From Camelus dromedarius (lineage: Eukaryota): a stretch of 64,000 nt of DNA. Below, piece by piece: positions 24,266-36,000 of the stretch; within the stretch, counting starts at the first letter, position 1, and each line of letters begins with the position of its first letter. The translations under genes and the position numbers were made by a program. The notes under the pieces were generated by a model. That model had not been told where the DNA came from and ran no database searches. It was given only the letters and a program-made list of their open reading frames with translations. The stretch spans positions 17,546,001 to 17,610,000 of the forward strand of contig NC_087436.1 in the NCBI RefSeq assembly GCF_036321535.1. The letters run 5' to 3'.

Positions 24266-27200
24266 CCAACTAAATAAGACTGAATGTAAGACCAGCTCTT
24301 CACCCAACAAAGCCTGAAGACCCAAATGCCCCATTAAGCCCTGAGGGGAGAGGCGTGGCCAAGGAAAGGCATGGGGGCTGTCAGTATCAGTGTTGTTGGA
24401 ATGAGCTGTTGCAACATCGGAAGTCATAGGGCTCAGTTGTCTGGTGCCAATGACAATACCAGTGCTTACCAAATATGTTATAATAATAAATATAACTTTA
24501 CAAGTCTCACAGATTTCTTTGTACCTGCAACTCTAAACCAGCTTCTAACCCCAAAACTCCGGAAACCAATTTAGCCGGTCCTCTGGTGAAAAAAGCAGCA
24601 GGCGTCAGGGGTGTGCACTGGTGAGTGGGGCAGCAGAGTGGACTAGAACCTGGACCTTAATACGTCCCTCCTATGTTTTCCATAGAAGCCTGAGTCAGGG
24701 GTGCAGTTGTGAGAGAATTGTTCTCTGTGAAAAAAGGATAATGTTTACCTTAAACTACCCTCTTTTTTTACTTCCAGGAGATGTAACACAGATTGCCTGT
24801 AACCATAGCAATCAGTTCAGCTGTGAGCGCCCTCATTTATTCAAGGCACAGAGGCAGTATAGGAGAGAAAATACTATTACAAATAGGAACAATAGGTTTA
24901 ATTTCTGATGCCAAAACACGATTGGTTTGGTATTGGATTCCCAGCCATAAGAAGCATATTATACTTTCTGGCTTTCATCTGCTTTCTCCTCGTCCTCAAG
25001 AGTAATATTAATTTCAATTTCTTCCAGAAAAAATGATTAACTTGTTTCCAGGACTATCTTGAGAGTGAAATAAAAATCTGGAAACACATATTCTCGGCAA
25101 TGCACCATGTGCAGGAGAGCTGAGATAACCAGCCAAGGGCCATAAAACAACGTCGATGTACACTTTTTTTTACACTTTTGATGTTTTTTTTTTTTTTCAG
25201 AGTAGTATCCAACTTCCCTTGGTTAAGTAATAAAGGATGTGCTGCATACTTACTGCTGCGTCTCCCTCATTTTAGTCTCTTTATATCCCTGGAATGAAAA
25301 AAAAAATCTAATGGAGGCTGCTTTATGTTATTTCAGTAAAGTGACAGAAAAAGTATTCTTGATTTTCAAAGCAATTACTTATATGATCCATTAATTAACC
25401 AAACCTCAGTGATACCCAAGTTTGTTAACTGTATACTGGTATTTCCACTGATAAAACTCAATAAATGTTATTTTCAAGGTATCTAGATATCCAACACTGG
25501 AGAAAAAAAACTACCACAGAATTTCATCTATGAGGTAAGCTTTGCCACTTTCTCCACCATTCAGTTAGTTACTGGGTTCCTACCATATGCAAATAATGTG
25601 AGACTTACAAAGATGCGGCAGACACATACCTCCAGTTCCTACTATGTGAAAAGCAATAGAAACTATATAAGGATGAGACAAAGGTCTTTATTTCAAAATA
25701 TTTCAGCCTACAAGGGGAAAAGTCTTCGGGAGCCATGAATGAAATATTTTATCAAAACAAAGATGTTGGAAATAATCCATTTGATCAGAAAATTATACAA
25801 GTTGTTACCTTCAGCTTAGGGATAACTCAATCAGTTTTATTGAAAGTGTCTAAAATTTTCACTGCAAAATTTGAAGCTTCCTAAAGCTATAATCTGAAGA
25901 CTGCTTCATTTCCCTAAAGCTCAACCCATCGACCACACTTTTAATTCGAGGAGGATTTAAAAATAATTGGAAATAATTTATTAAATATATTGCAGGTCCG
26001 GTTTGGGCTTTTTTCCTTCCTTTTGGCCCTGTGTCTCTCACTAAGACTCCTTTTCGCAAACTCCTTGGCCCAGAGTATAAGTGCCCACCATCCAATCCCA
26101 GCATCTAGTTTATAAGGTCTTGGAAGAAAACAAATTCAAGATAACTTTGCCCCGTGACCACCTGAAAGGATGAGACACATTTTAGGGTAACAATTAGAGT
26201 CATCTAGGATTGGCTTATACTCCAAACCACAACAAACCATCACTATTTTTAAATAATGGTGGTCACTGTTTCCATGCAACTGAAATCTACTATGGCAAGA
26301 CTTTCTTGCTAATACTGGTTGTCAATTACCTATCAGGAGAATTAAGTGACGATCTTCAAACCAACCCCTTAAACTTGCAGTAAGCCAACACCAGCCAGGT
26401 CTAGGGACTCACTTGCTACTCCGCAAGAGTTTCTCCTTGTGTCAAAGGAGTCCAGTGGGGTTCTTTGGTTTGTGTTTTGGTTTTGTTTTCCTACTTGGGC
26501 ATTTCCTGGTAGTAATTATTTTAATATCAAGTTTCTATATGCTAACCACTGTTTGGTAGCTAACCCTGTGAACTGAATACGTCCAGGCACCCTTCCTATA
26601 GTAATATTACTATCCAAACTATACCTGCTCTTTGCCCCATCTTCATAACTGTCGGACTCCCTCAACTTACCACCCAGTAATTTTCAGCTCATGATAGTTT
26701 CTCCCAAGTGCTTAGAAATATGTCTGCTCAACTCCTGTGTCCCCACGTCCTCCTCCAGGCACCTTGACACTGCCTGTTCCTGATACCCTCTATGGAAACA
26801 GCAAAATCCATGCCAAGGGCATGAAGTTTTCAGAGCCACAGTCTTTGGCGCATCAGAGCCCCTGGCAGGTGTCCCCTGGCAGGTGTCCCCTACTCAGCTG
26901 TCCGTGGGGACTGAAGCAGGACCGTCCTCTCACAGTCCCTCCTAAAAACTGCTGCCTGCTGTTAGCCCTTTTCCTTCTCAAAGTGACCCCAGGCCCATCT
27001 TTCAGAACAAGAAGAGAGACCTTACACCAGCTCCATCTATTGTCTCTGTATGTGTCAAGCTCATCCTTACTGCTTTAGCTCAAGAAGACAAAACCAACTG
27101 ATAATCTTATAATCTCCTGAAGGAAGGAATGTCAGCCCATCAGTCCTATAAAGTCAGTCACGAAAGACCAGTTTATTTATTTATATATTGTGTAATGTAC

Positions 27201-27589
27201 ACAGATACATATGTATGTGTATATATATGTATAAATATACAAACACACATATACATAGCTTAGGCATATGTGTTATATATAGGCTCATATTATTTATGCT
27301 AAGTCTCATATATAATAAAGCAGGGACTGGGTATGATAATTCAAAAAAATGAATAGCTCCAGATGAAAACATACTCATGGCCAAAACTGTTGATTAGACT
27401 CATTGCTGCCTTTAACCCAACCCTAAGAATAAGGCCAGCATCTATGGTTACGAGCAAATACATAAGAATATTGTAGCTACAAACATATGCCATTGGGTTG
27501 ATGAACAGAGGCTAGAGCAAATTACCTACTAAATGCTCAGAAATAACATTTATGCAAAGAAGGTATTCATTTTAACAAAACCTTAAGCA

Positions 27590-28257
27590 AAGACAATAAA
27601 ACCAAAAATGGATAAATGAAACTACATCAAAATTAAAACTTCTGTGCATCAAAGGACACAATCAATAGAGAGAAGAGGTAATCTGTGGAATGGGAGGAAA
27701 TATTTGCAAAGTATATCTGATGATGAGTTAAAATCCAGAATATATAAATAACTTCTATATCACGACAACAACAAAAAAGAAACAACTCAATACAAAAATG
27801 GGCAAAGGACTTGAATAGACGTTGCTCTGAAGATGATATAAAAATGGACAACAAGCTATTAAAAAATATTCAACATAACTATCAGAGAAATGCAAATCTA
27901 AACCACAAAGGTGATACCACTCACACTCATCAGGATGGCTACAATTGAAAAAAAAAAAAAAAAGAAAATAACAATGTCAGTGAGGATGTGGAGAATTGAA
28001 GCCATTGTGTACGGTTGGTGGGAATGAAAAATTGTGCAGCCTCTATGAAAACCACTATGATGTTTCCTCAAACAATCAAAAATGGTATTACCGTATCATC
28101 AAGCAATCCACTTCCAGGTATGTATCCAAAAGAACTGAATGCAAAGTCCCAGAGAGATATCTGTTCACTCATGTTCACTACAGCTTTATTCAAAATAGCC
28201 AAGAGGTGAAAGCAACCCAATGGCTACTGATGACTGAATGGATGAACAAAATGTGAA

Positions 28258-28294
<37 letters not shown>

Positions 28295-28640
28295 TATTAT
28301 TCCTCCTTAAACAAAGGAAATCCTGTCACATGTTATACAATGGATGAGCCTTGAGGACATTATGCTCAGTAAAGTAAGGCAATCACAGAAACACAAATAC
28401 TGTGTGATTCCAATTATATGACATATCAAATTCATAGTAACAAAAAGCAGAATGGTGATGGCCAGGGTCTAGGAGAAGGGGAAAATGTGGAGTTGTTTCA
28501 TGGGTGCAGTTTCAGATTTGCAAGATGAAAATTCCTGGAGATTTGTTGTCCAACAATGTGAAAGTACTTAACACTACTAAACTGTACAGTTAAAAAGGTT
28601 AAGATGTAAATTTTATTTGTTCTTTACCACAATTGAAACG
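27590..28640 (+). mobile_element. L1MA/L1MB-type 3' portion with an internal (CA)n at 28261-28291
   Basis: aactacatcaaaattaaaacttctgtgcatcaaaggacac...gaaatgcaaatctaaaccac...; 3' end cttaacactactaaactgtacagttaaaaaggttaagatg. Confidence 0.9.
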
Positions 28641-28729
28641 TTATTATATATTTATATACACATATAAAATTATTACATATTATATATGCATATATTAAAA
28701 TTTTATATATATACATACATGAATCCAGT

Positions 28730-29000
28730 GGGTTAAGGGAAGCTGTTTCAGGGAGAAGAGGAACCTAGAGGAGGCATGGTGAACATTTACATGTGGTTCT
28801 GGGAGAAGAGAGAATCTTCTTCCTGGAAAAAGTGACTCATGAGCTGGTTTGAAGGATAGATAGGATTCTTCTAAGCAGACAAGAAAGGAAGGAGACTCCA
28901 GGGAAAGTGAACAGCAAGTGCAAAGCAGACCTGTGTTCCTGGAACTACAAGTGGTTTGGTTTTAGAGAAGTGGAGGGAGGAGGGCGGAGTCGGGGGCAAA
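28730..29000 (-). mobile_element. L2 body fragment
   Basis: cttcctggaaaaagtgactcatgagctgg...ccagggaaagtgaacagcaagtgcaaag. Confidence 0.6.
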
Positions 29001-29259
29001 GAGCTTGGATTGCCGAGATGTGTAGTGACCCCTGGGCCACTACTCTTTCAGATGCGAAGGCAAAGGGCCAGAAGGCAAAGGCAGGCTTCTGGCAGGCTGC
29101 ACTTCCGATGTAGGGGTGAGCAGCTGGTCAAATGGTATTTCCTGGAGGGTAGGAGAAAAGGCACTGCAGTGCCACACACCTACCTATGGACAGGATCTGT
29201 GTCTCTGCTCTGGCTGGTCCCTGACCTCTCTCTTTTCTCTCTTTCTCTCTTCCTTCCTG

Positions 29260-29288
29260 ACACACACACACACACACACACACACACA
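29260..29288. repeat. (CA)n microsatellite
   Basis: Directly visible. Confidence 0.95.
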
Positions 29289-29879
29289 ACTCCTCACTCC
29301 CAAAACCAGCCAACCCCAATAGGTAAGCCTTCAGATTTGACCAATCTGACTCTCTTTCTACAGCTTGGCAGTGGATAGGGAGACACCAGCCATGGCTCAG
29401 GAATGCAGCAGCCGACCTTACTGTTATCAGAAGGCCTTCCCGCTTATCAATGGCACTTGAGAACACAAAGTCAGCACCCAAAGGGAACTAGAAGAGCCTC
29501 TTGTTAGATGCCTGTCACGCACTATAAAACTTGCCTGGATTTAGAGGGAAGCTGCTGTTTCTCAGAAAAGGCCCCACTCTCGGTTTGTATGGATGCTGTA
29601 GCTTAAGAATCCATCTCATGGGTTTCAGGAGCAAAGACATGATCCCCTGATCTTTATGTATGAAACTTCCCATTGATACCAGCAGGACCTTTTCCTAAGA
29701 CACCATTAGCCCTAAATAAGAGGTAGTCAATGAAGCCTGCACATTTTATTAGAAGATTGAAAAGCCATTATAGTCTTCACGTTCTCCCTCATTCCAACAT
29801 CTCTCTGTCTCCAAGCTCTGGAACTTCTATAGCATATAATGTATGCTATGTAGTCATATAATATATAAGATCGCTCAAT

Positions 29880-30150
29880 AGCACTCTGATTATCAGAATA
29901 AAGTGCCAAACCCTCAGTCTAGCATAAAGGTCCTTTGAGGATCAGGACGCTATTCCATCTCTAACCTCATCTCTCACCACTGGACCCTTTGGCATTTGTT
30001 GCTCCATCTTCCCTAAACTACCTACCAGACATTCCACATCAGGTCATGTTCTCTGATATGGCCCTGCCTTTTCAAGTGCTGGTCTCTTTGCTTGGATTCC
30101 TTTCCTTACAGGATTTTTTTCTACCCACCTTGGTCTGGATAACTCCCGAT
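29880..30150 (+). mobile_element. L2 body fragment
   Basis: cagaataaagtgccaaaccctcagtctagcataaaggtcctt...ctctaacctcatctctcaccac. Confidence 0.62.
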
Positions 30151-30309
30151 CTGCCTACAGCATCTTTTGGAATTCTGAGATGGGTATCCTGCACTCGTGC
30201 TCTCTCGGTCCCTGCAGCTTCCCCTGTAGGACGTACGGAAGGGTTTCAGCATTGTGTCTACCCCCGATCTCACTAACAGGGACCATCTCTTATTCTAGAA
30301 GGTTGTGGT

Positions 30310-30746
30310 TCAGTGTTGAGTGCAGCAGCTCAGCCATCCTTCTTCTCTGCCCTCCACAGTGTGTAGATCTTTATCCTCAGCTACATTACCCTATGAATTC
30401 AAGACAACTAGTATACTTCGAGGAATCACACCCTCCTTTCAGTATGACAAGTAGGAAGGAAGACGGCAGCAGGTGGAAGATGGCTACAATTTTTTATTTG
30501 GAGAAGGGGGAAAAAGCCCCTCAGAATTCCTCTTATGCCTCATTAGCCAGAACTGGTCATATGTCATCCCTTACACAAGGAAGTCTGGGACAGCAAGGAT
30601 CTGACAAAGCAGAAAAGATTGTCACAAACAGTCTGATCACATTCACTTCCTGAAGACGGTCCATGGCCTACCTAAACAAACTTCGGATTTTGTTGGCCAG
30701 ATAAAGGTTTTAGCTTTTGGATAATCATCTAATGGTATCTGCCACA
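30310..30746 (-). mobile_element. MLT1 (K/L-like) MaLR LTR fragment
   Basis: cctcttatgcctcattagccagaactggtcatatgtcatccct; terminal atctgccaca. Confidence 0.75.
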
Positions 30747-31204
30747 CTTAGATTTTGCAAGACAAATCCTGACTAAGACAATACACGGAAAAGATGGCAG
30801 CCTGGTTTCATAGAACCACATGCATAGAAAGCCCTGTTTATACAATATAAATCGGAAAGGATCCTTATGGGTTAACCAGTTAGTTTTGATATACGTGTTT
30901 AGAAGATTGGTATAGCCTTAGTGATAGGTTTTGGGAAAGAAAGAGTTGGAACTGTCATAATTGTTGTATCTATTAATCACATACTTAGAACATATTTGTT
31001 TCAGGTGTTTTGAGAGTGACTTCTCTGAAGATATTCAATCTCAAATTGCATGTCAAGTCATTTCAACTACAGTGCATAAAGGATGTGGTCAGATGTGACT
31101 CTTGTACATTTCTTTTATCCTTGTCGCTGCTAAAATGTTTTCACCGAATGTTAAAGTAGATCTAAGCTAGTTAACTCAGATGAGCGCACTGGATAAGTAA
31201 AGGT

Positions 31205-31630
31205 AGCATCACCAACACGGACAGACCTAGAGATTCTCACACTAAGTGAAGTAAGTCAGACAGAGAAAGACAAATATCACATGATATCACTTACATGTGG
31301 GATTTTAAAAAATGGCACAAATGAACCTTTTTATAAAACAGAAACAGACTCACAGACATAGAAAAAAAAACTTATGGTTATCAAAGGGGAAAAGGGTAGG
31401 GGAGAGGGATAAATTAGGAATTAAGGATTAACTATTATGCACAGTATTATATACAAAATAGATAAACAATAAGATTCTACTGTATAGCACAGGGAACTAT
31501 AGTCAATGGTTTGTAAGAACTTATAATGAAAAAGAATATGTGTATGTATGTGTATATATATGACAAATCACTATGTTTTACACCAGAAACTAACACAACA
31601 TTGTAAATCAACTATACCTCAATTAAAAAG
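31205..31630 (+). mobile_element. Cetartiodactyl/camelid L1 3'UTR fragment
   Basis: gacctagagattctcacactaagtgaagtaagtcagacagagaaagacaaatatca...actgtatagcacagggaactat...aacacaacattgtaaatcaactatacctcaattaaaaa. Confidence 0.9.
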
Positions 31631-32484
31631 GAACAGTGAGCCATGGTATAGGCGATAATGATGGATGTGAATTGTGAATAAATACTAAGTGAATGGTTAA
31701 AAAAAAAAAAACAGATAGGAACATGACTTGGATATCCATGAAATCAATGCACCCTGTTCCCCAAAAGCTAAGAGAAACTGACAGCTTCCTTACCTGCCTC
31801 TGTACTAAGCTTTCTCCATTTCCATTATCCTTAATTCATCCACCATGGTTGTTTCAAGAGACAAGAACACTTATTGGTCCCCAGGCTAATAATTTTCGCA
31901 AGGTTGAATAGGGGAGTTAAAATTTGAGTGTGCCAGAAGGTAAGGTTGGGGGAACATGGGGCTCCAGGACGTGCACTTTCAGAAAGAACACGAACACTTC
32001 TCTCTTTGGATTTGCTTCCTCCCCACAGGAAGAGCAGAATCAGGCCCTGTCCTCACTGCAGAACAAGTGACTTCCTCTCTGCTCCCGTCTCCTTAGAAGC
32101 CAAGTGGGAACAAGAGAGAGGCAGAGGAAAAGGACGCAACGTGGGCAACATCTGGCCTGAGTGGGAGTTTAGAGGTTCTCCACAAGGTCCAGGTTAGATC
32201 CCAAGAAAATACACCAGACTGACATGCACAAAAAGCACAGGCATTAATCAAATGCTCCTGTTTGCCGGACCTGATCTTCCATACGTATATATCCACCAGA
32301 GTTCTTTCAGGTAAGTGTGGTAGGGTAAGGGCTGGACTTGGAAGTTCAGAGATCACCTAACTAATCACTATTTCTTTCTCAACCATTTATTCCCAACTCT
32401 CTTCTCCCCAGTCGTCAAGCATCTCGTAATGTTTGTCCTTGATTATATGGGGAAAGGTCACAGAGCACTCTAATTTAAAGGAGC

Positions 32485-32730
32485 ATGTACAGCTAATGCA
32501 GTGAAAAGAACACAGTTTAGCAACCCACAGATCTGGGTTCAAATCTCAGCACAACTCCTTTCTCATTTCATTAATTCAGGTAACTTACTTAGCCTCTCTG
32601 AACCTCAGTTTCCTTACTAAGTTAGTAACGCTTACCTCAGGAAGTTATTATGAAGATTATATGTATAAATGAAGCAACTCATAGTTTATAAATGCACCAG
32701 GCATCGAATATATGTTCAACAAGTGTTAAT
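32485..32730 (+). mobile_element. MIR SINE
   Basis: gatctgggttcaaatctcagc...ttacttagcctctctgaacctcagtttcct. Confidence 0.82.
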
Positions 32731-33639
32731 CTCCCAAGTGAACATTATTACTAGAAAACTAACTCCAAACTCTATTGATGATAGGTCAACAGTAAGATAT
32801 TCTTATTAAAATATATTTATTTTATTACTAAAAATAACAGGAAAAGCTATAGACAATGAGTGTGTGTTTCCAGGCTAGTTATATCATCATAATATAAGTT
32901 AACTGAAACAGAGATTAACAAGGTATTTATTATCTTTATTTCAGCATTTTAAAAAACAGCAAAATTAAGTTCTGCTTTGAAAGACTCTAGAATATTTGAA
33001 AGACTCTAGAATAGCACAGGATTGATTAGAGGTCTGTCACCACAGATTGGATGTGTTGATTTCATTTCCCCAAAAGTATCCACATAGCAATTTGGCAGTA
33101 CACAAATATTCTGAAAATGCTAGCAGTTTTTTACAGCAAATAGTCATTGCACCCTTACCTACAATGTTAGGGTCCCATTTTCATTTTAAAGACTCACAAT
33201 GCTTTTCAGAAGCTAACAATTTTTTTTCATCCCTACCTAGTCATTGTGAATTTGAGAGGAAGGCACAACAAATAGGTACTTAACTAAAGTAGGTGCTTTC
33301 TCTGTTGATTTCATGAATCTAAACCTATTGACTGAAGGGATATAATACAAAATTAGGAACTCACGGAAACTACTCTCAATTATACTATAATCACAGCTCA
33401 TTTTTTTGATCTTCCTATTACAGTTAATTTAAGGTCACACTCTATGCCTTAAAATCTCTTGTATTCTTTGAGCCCTTGTCAAGATGCCTTGTATATAGTC
33501 AGTGCCCAACAAAAGTTTGCCACATTGCATGAGTTGATCATCCATCTTATTCACTAGATTTGACTTAGACTCACTTATGCCTTTTCTTTTTTTTCCCCCA
33601 AAAATGAAGTTCACCCACAAAGGAAAAAGGCAGAAAGAT

Positions 33640-33850
33640 GTTGTAGCAAAAATGCTGTCCTGGAAAACAGATCTTGGTTCTGGTCTCAGCTTTCTGTGAC
33701 TTTGGACAAGTCAATTAAACTTTCCAGAATCAAATTTCTCCATCAAACAAGGATGCTAGACAAGATGTATGTGCCAGACTGTAAGGTCACACGAAGACGT
33801 TCGAGGTAATGTATGTGGAACTGTTAATACTTGCAGCGAGACAATATAAA
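33640..33850 (+). mobile_element. MIR fragment
   Basis: ctgtgactttggacaagtcaattaaactttccagaatcaaatttctccatc. Confidence 0.6.
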
Positions 33851-35099
33851 AATAGTTTTGAATAATTTCAGACTTATTGGGTTGAGTGCTAGCATTCTTG
33901 AATGACTGCTCCAAAGGACATAACGCAGATTTGCCTTTTTTTGGTATGTTGTGAGGGTATTGTGGGTTTTGTTTGTTTTTTCTTTTTTTTTAAGTTACAT
34001 TACTTTGGAGGTTCATGTTACATAGGCATGAGGATACAATTCAAGAGAGCAAAGGTCAACCAAGTTCTGAAGTTGCTTGGCATTTTATCAATCATTATTT
34101 AGAGTTTCCTCTTTTATTTTTTTCCCCTCACATATCTGGCCGGGAACACAGACGTTTGTGTGATGTAATGAGAAAGGAAGTTTCATCTACTGCTCTTTCA
34201 ACCTTATCTACTCAACACTTAGCTCGTGACAGACCCTGATGCTCTTAATGAATTCCTAAAGACCCTGGAAGGTCTCAGATCTCTACAAGGTGATTACAGA
34301 GGCTCACACTTTGCCAAGTCATATGCAGGTGGCTAAAGCCTGCTTTTCTCTACATCTCCTGTCCCACTTGTCCTTTTCTATGAACATTTTCCAGCAGCCA
34401 TGCAAGCGCTCAGTAGGTAAGGCCCCAGCAAAATGGTCGTGACCCAAGTGACCGTGAAGCAACAGATTGTTGATGTCATCTCAGAGAAAGGCCCCAAGTG
34501 TATCTAATCCACGCTCCAGCAGCTGGTACACGGTTTTCCAAGTGTGGGTGGGCCTTTACATTGTAGGGGGTTTTGTTTTGTTTCGTTTCGTTTGTTTTTT
34601 TCACACTGCAGCGTTAAGTGCACTTCCCTTCCCTCTTGGACTGTAGAAGAGAAATGGAATTCTTAACTCGCTCACGCAGATCTCACCCGAGACCCAGTGA
34701 ATGGCAGGGATCCGGCACAAACACCCACACACTTCCCTCAGTCACGGATCCCTGCTAAAGACCAGAAGCTGGCCATGGCAATGCTGAATATATGCTTCCG
34801 TTGGACTTCCATGGAATTTGGTTTCATTCGATTGTATGTTAAATGTGTTTTTAAAACAAAGAAAGAAAGAAAAGTAAGTTTCATTCTTCCTACCTCAAGG
34901 TTAGGGTGAGTCAGAGAGGTTTCAAAGGGGAGCGGAGCTGCCACCTTCATGTTCTGACACCAGAGAGGAGCCTCTGAAGCCACCTCAAAGCAGCCGAGCC
35001 CCAGCCTGCTCCGGATCCCTGTGGAGCAGAACCAATTTTTAAATGTCTTCATCTGGTCCCTCCTACTTTCATGGTTGCTCTGGGGGTGGTGAGAATCAG

Positions 35100-36000
35100 G
35101 ACGCACTGAAAGCTGCCGGGACATCTGACTCTTTATTTTCTTGGCTCAAAGTGTCTTAACTCTGCACCAGCCCTGGCGGCTGTGCAGCATTTCACTTCTG
35201 AGAGAGGAGGCAAAGGGAGCCGTGCAGAGAGGGGCCGGAGCCCTGGCTGCAGTTCAGTGCGAGGAGAGAAGAGCCACCACCCATCCCCCACCATGCTTCA
35301 GGTGTCCTGCCGTCAGGGTCACCTTTCCCACAGGCTCTGACCTGAACTTCCCCTCCACGGTGATGGGGGCGAGAGGCGGGCACGCAGGGAGTGGTCCTAA
35401 GAGGAAACTGGTTTTAAGTATCCTTACATTTTTCTGAAAATACTTCCTAGTTTTCCCTCTCCTCAGAGTGCATTTGGATTTCATGGAGAAATCGGGTATT
35501 TGTGGGGCAGGGAGCGTGTGGAGAGGGAACTGACTCAAATATCTGAAAATCAGCTGCAAGACCGGACCTGCTCTTTGCCGCTGGACTGAAGAAGAACACG
35601 GAAGTCACGGGGCAGGCTGGGCTCCCTGTGAGAACTTCCTACGAGTCTGCCAGAGCACCACGGACGGCTGGGGGCAAGGTTCCGCCTCTGAGGGCACTCG
35701 AGCAAGTTCTGGGGAGTCCCTCGGCGTGGAAACCAGGCAGAGCACTGCACCGTGAGGCGGAAAGCACGGCGCTGGGAGAACGCCCCTCGCGCCCTCCCCT
35801 CACTCGCACCTTGGCGCGCGGAGGAGACCTGCGCAAGCTTCAGCCCCGCCCATCGCCCCGCCCTCCGCGCCGAGGGAGGAGGACGTTCCCATCTGATTGG
35901 ACGGGAGGGAGCTGGGATCTTTCGCGCCACGTTTACCAGAGGACAGTGCTACTATACGCACTCGTGCCCGCCTCTTTGGGCTTCCAGGATTCGACTGTTC
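35100..36000. promoter_or_regulatory. CpG island / TATA-less promoter-like element
   Basis: GC content and CpG density rise sharply against the CpG-depleted flanks (densest at 35550-35990). Motifs: GC boxes gccccgccc at 35843-35851 and 35855-35863; inverted CCAAT (ctgattgg) at 35893-35900; E2F tttcgcgcc at 35920-35928 and ttggcgcg at 35811-35818; ETS cggaagt at 35599-35605; AP-1 tgactca at 35531-35537. Confidence 0.78.

Noticed and set aside
30180..30653. 157-aa plus-strand ORF
   Set aside because: Largely overlaps an MLT1 LTR fragment; no protein family recognised
31788..31860. Minus-strand accATGg start with a downstream CAG|GTAAGG donor
   Set aside because: The frame stops after 13 codons, before the donor, and nothing else supports it
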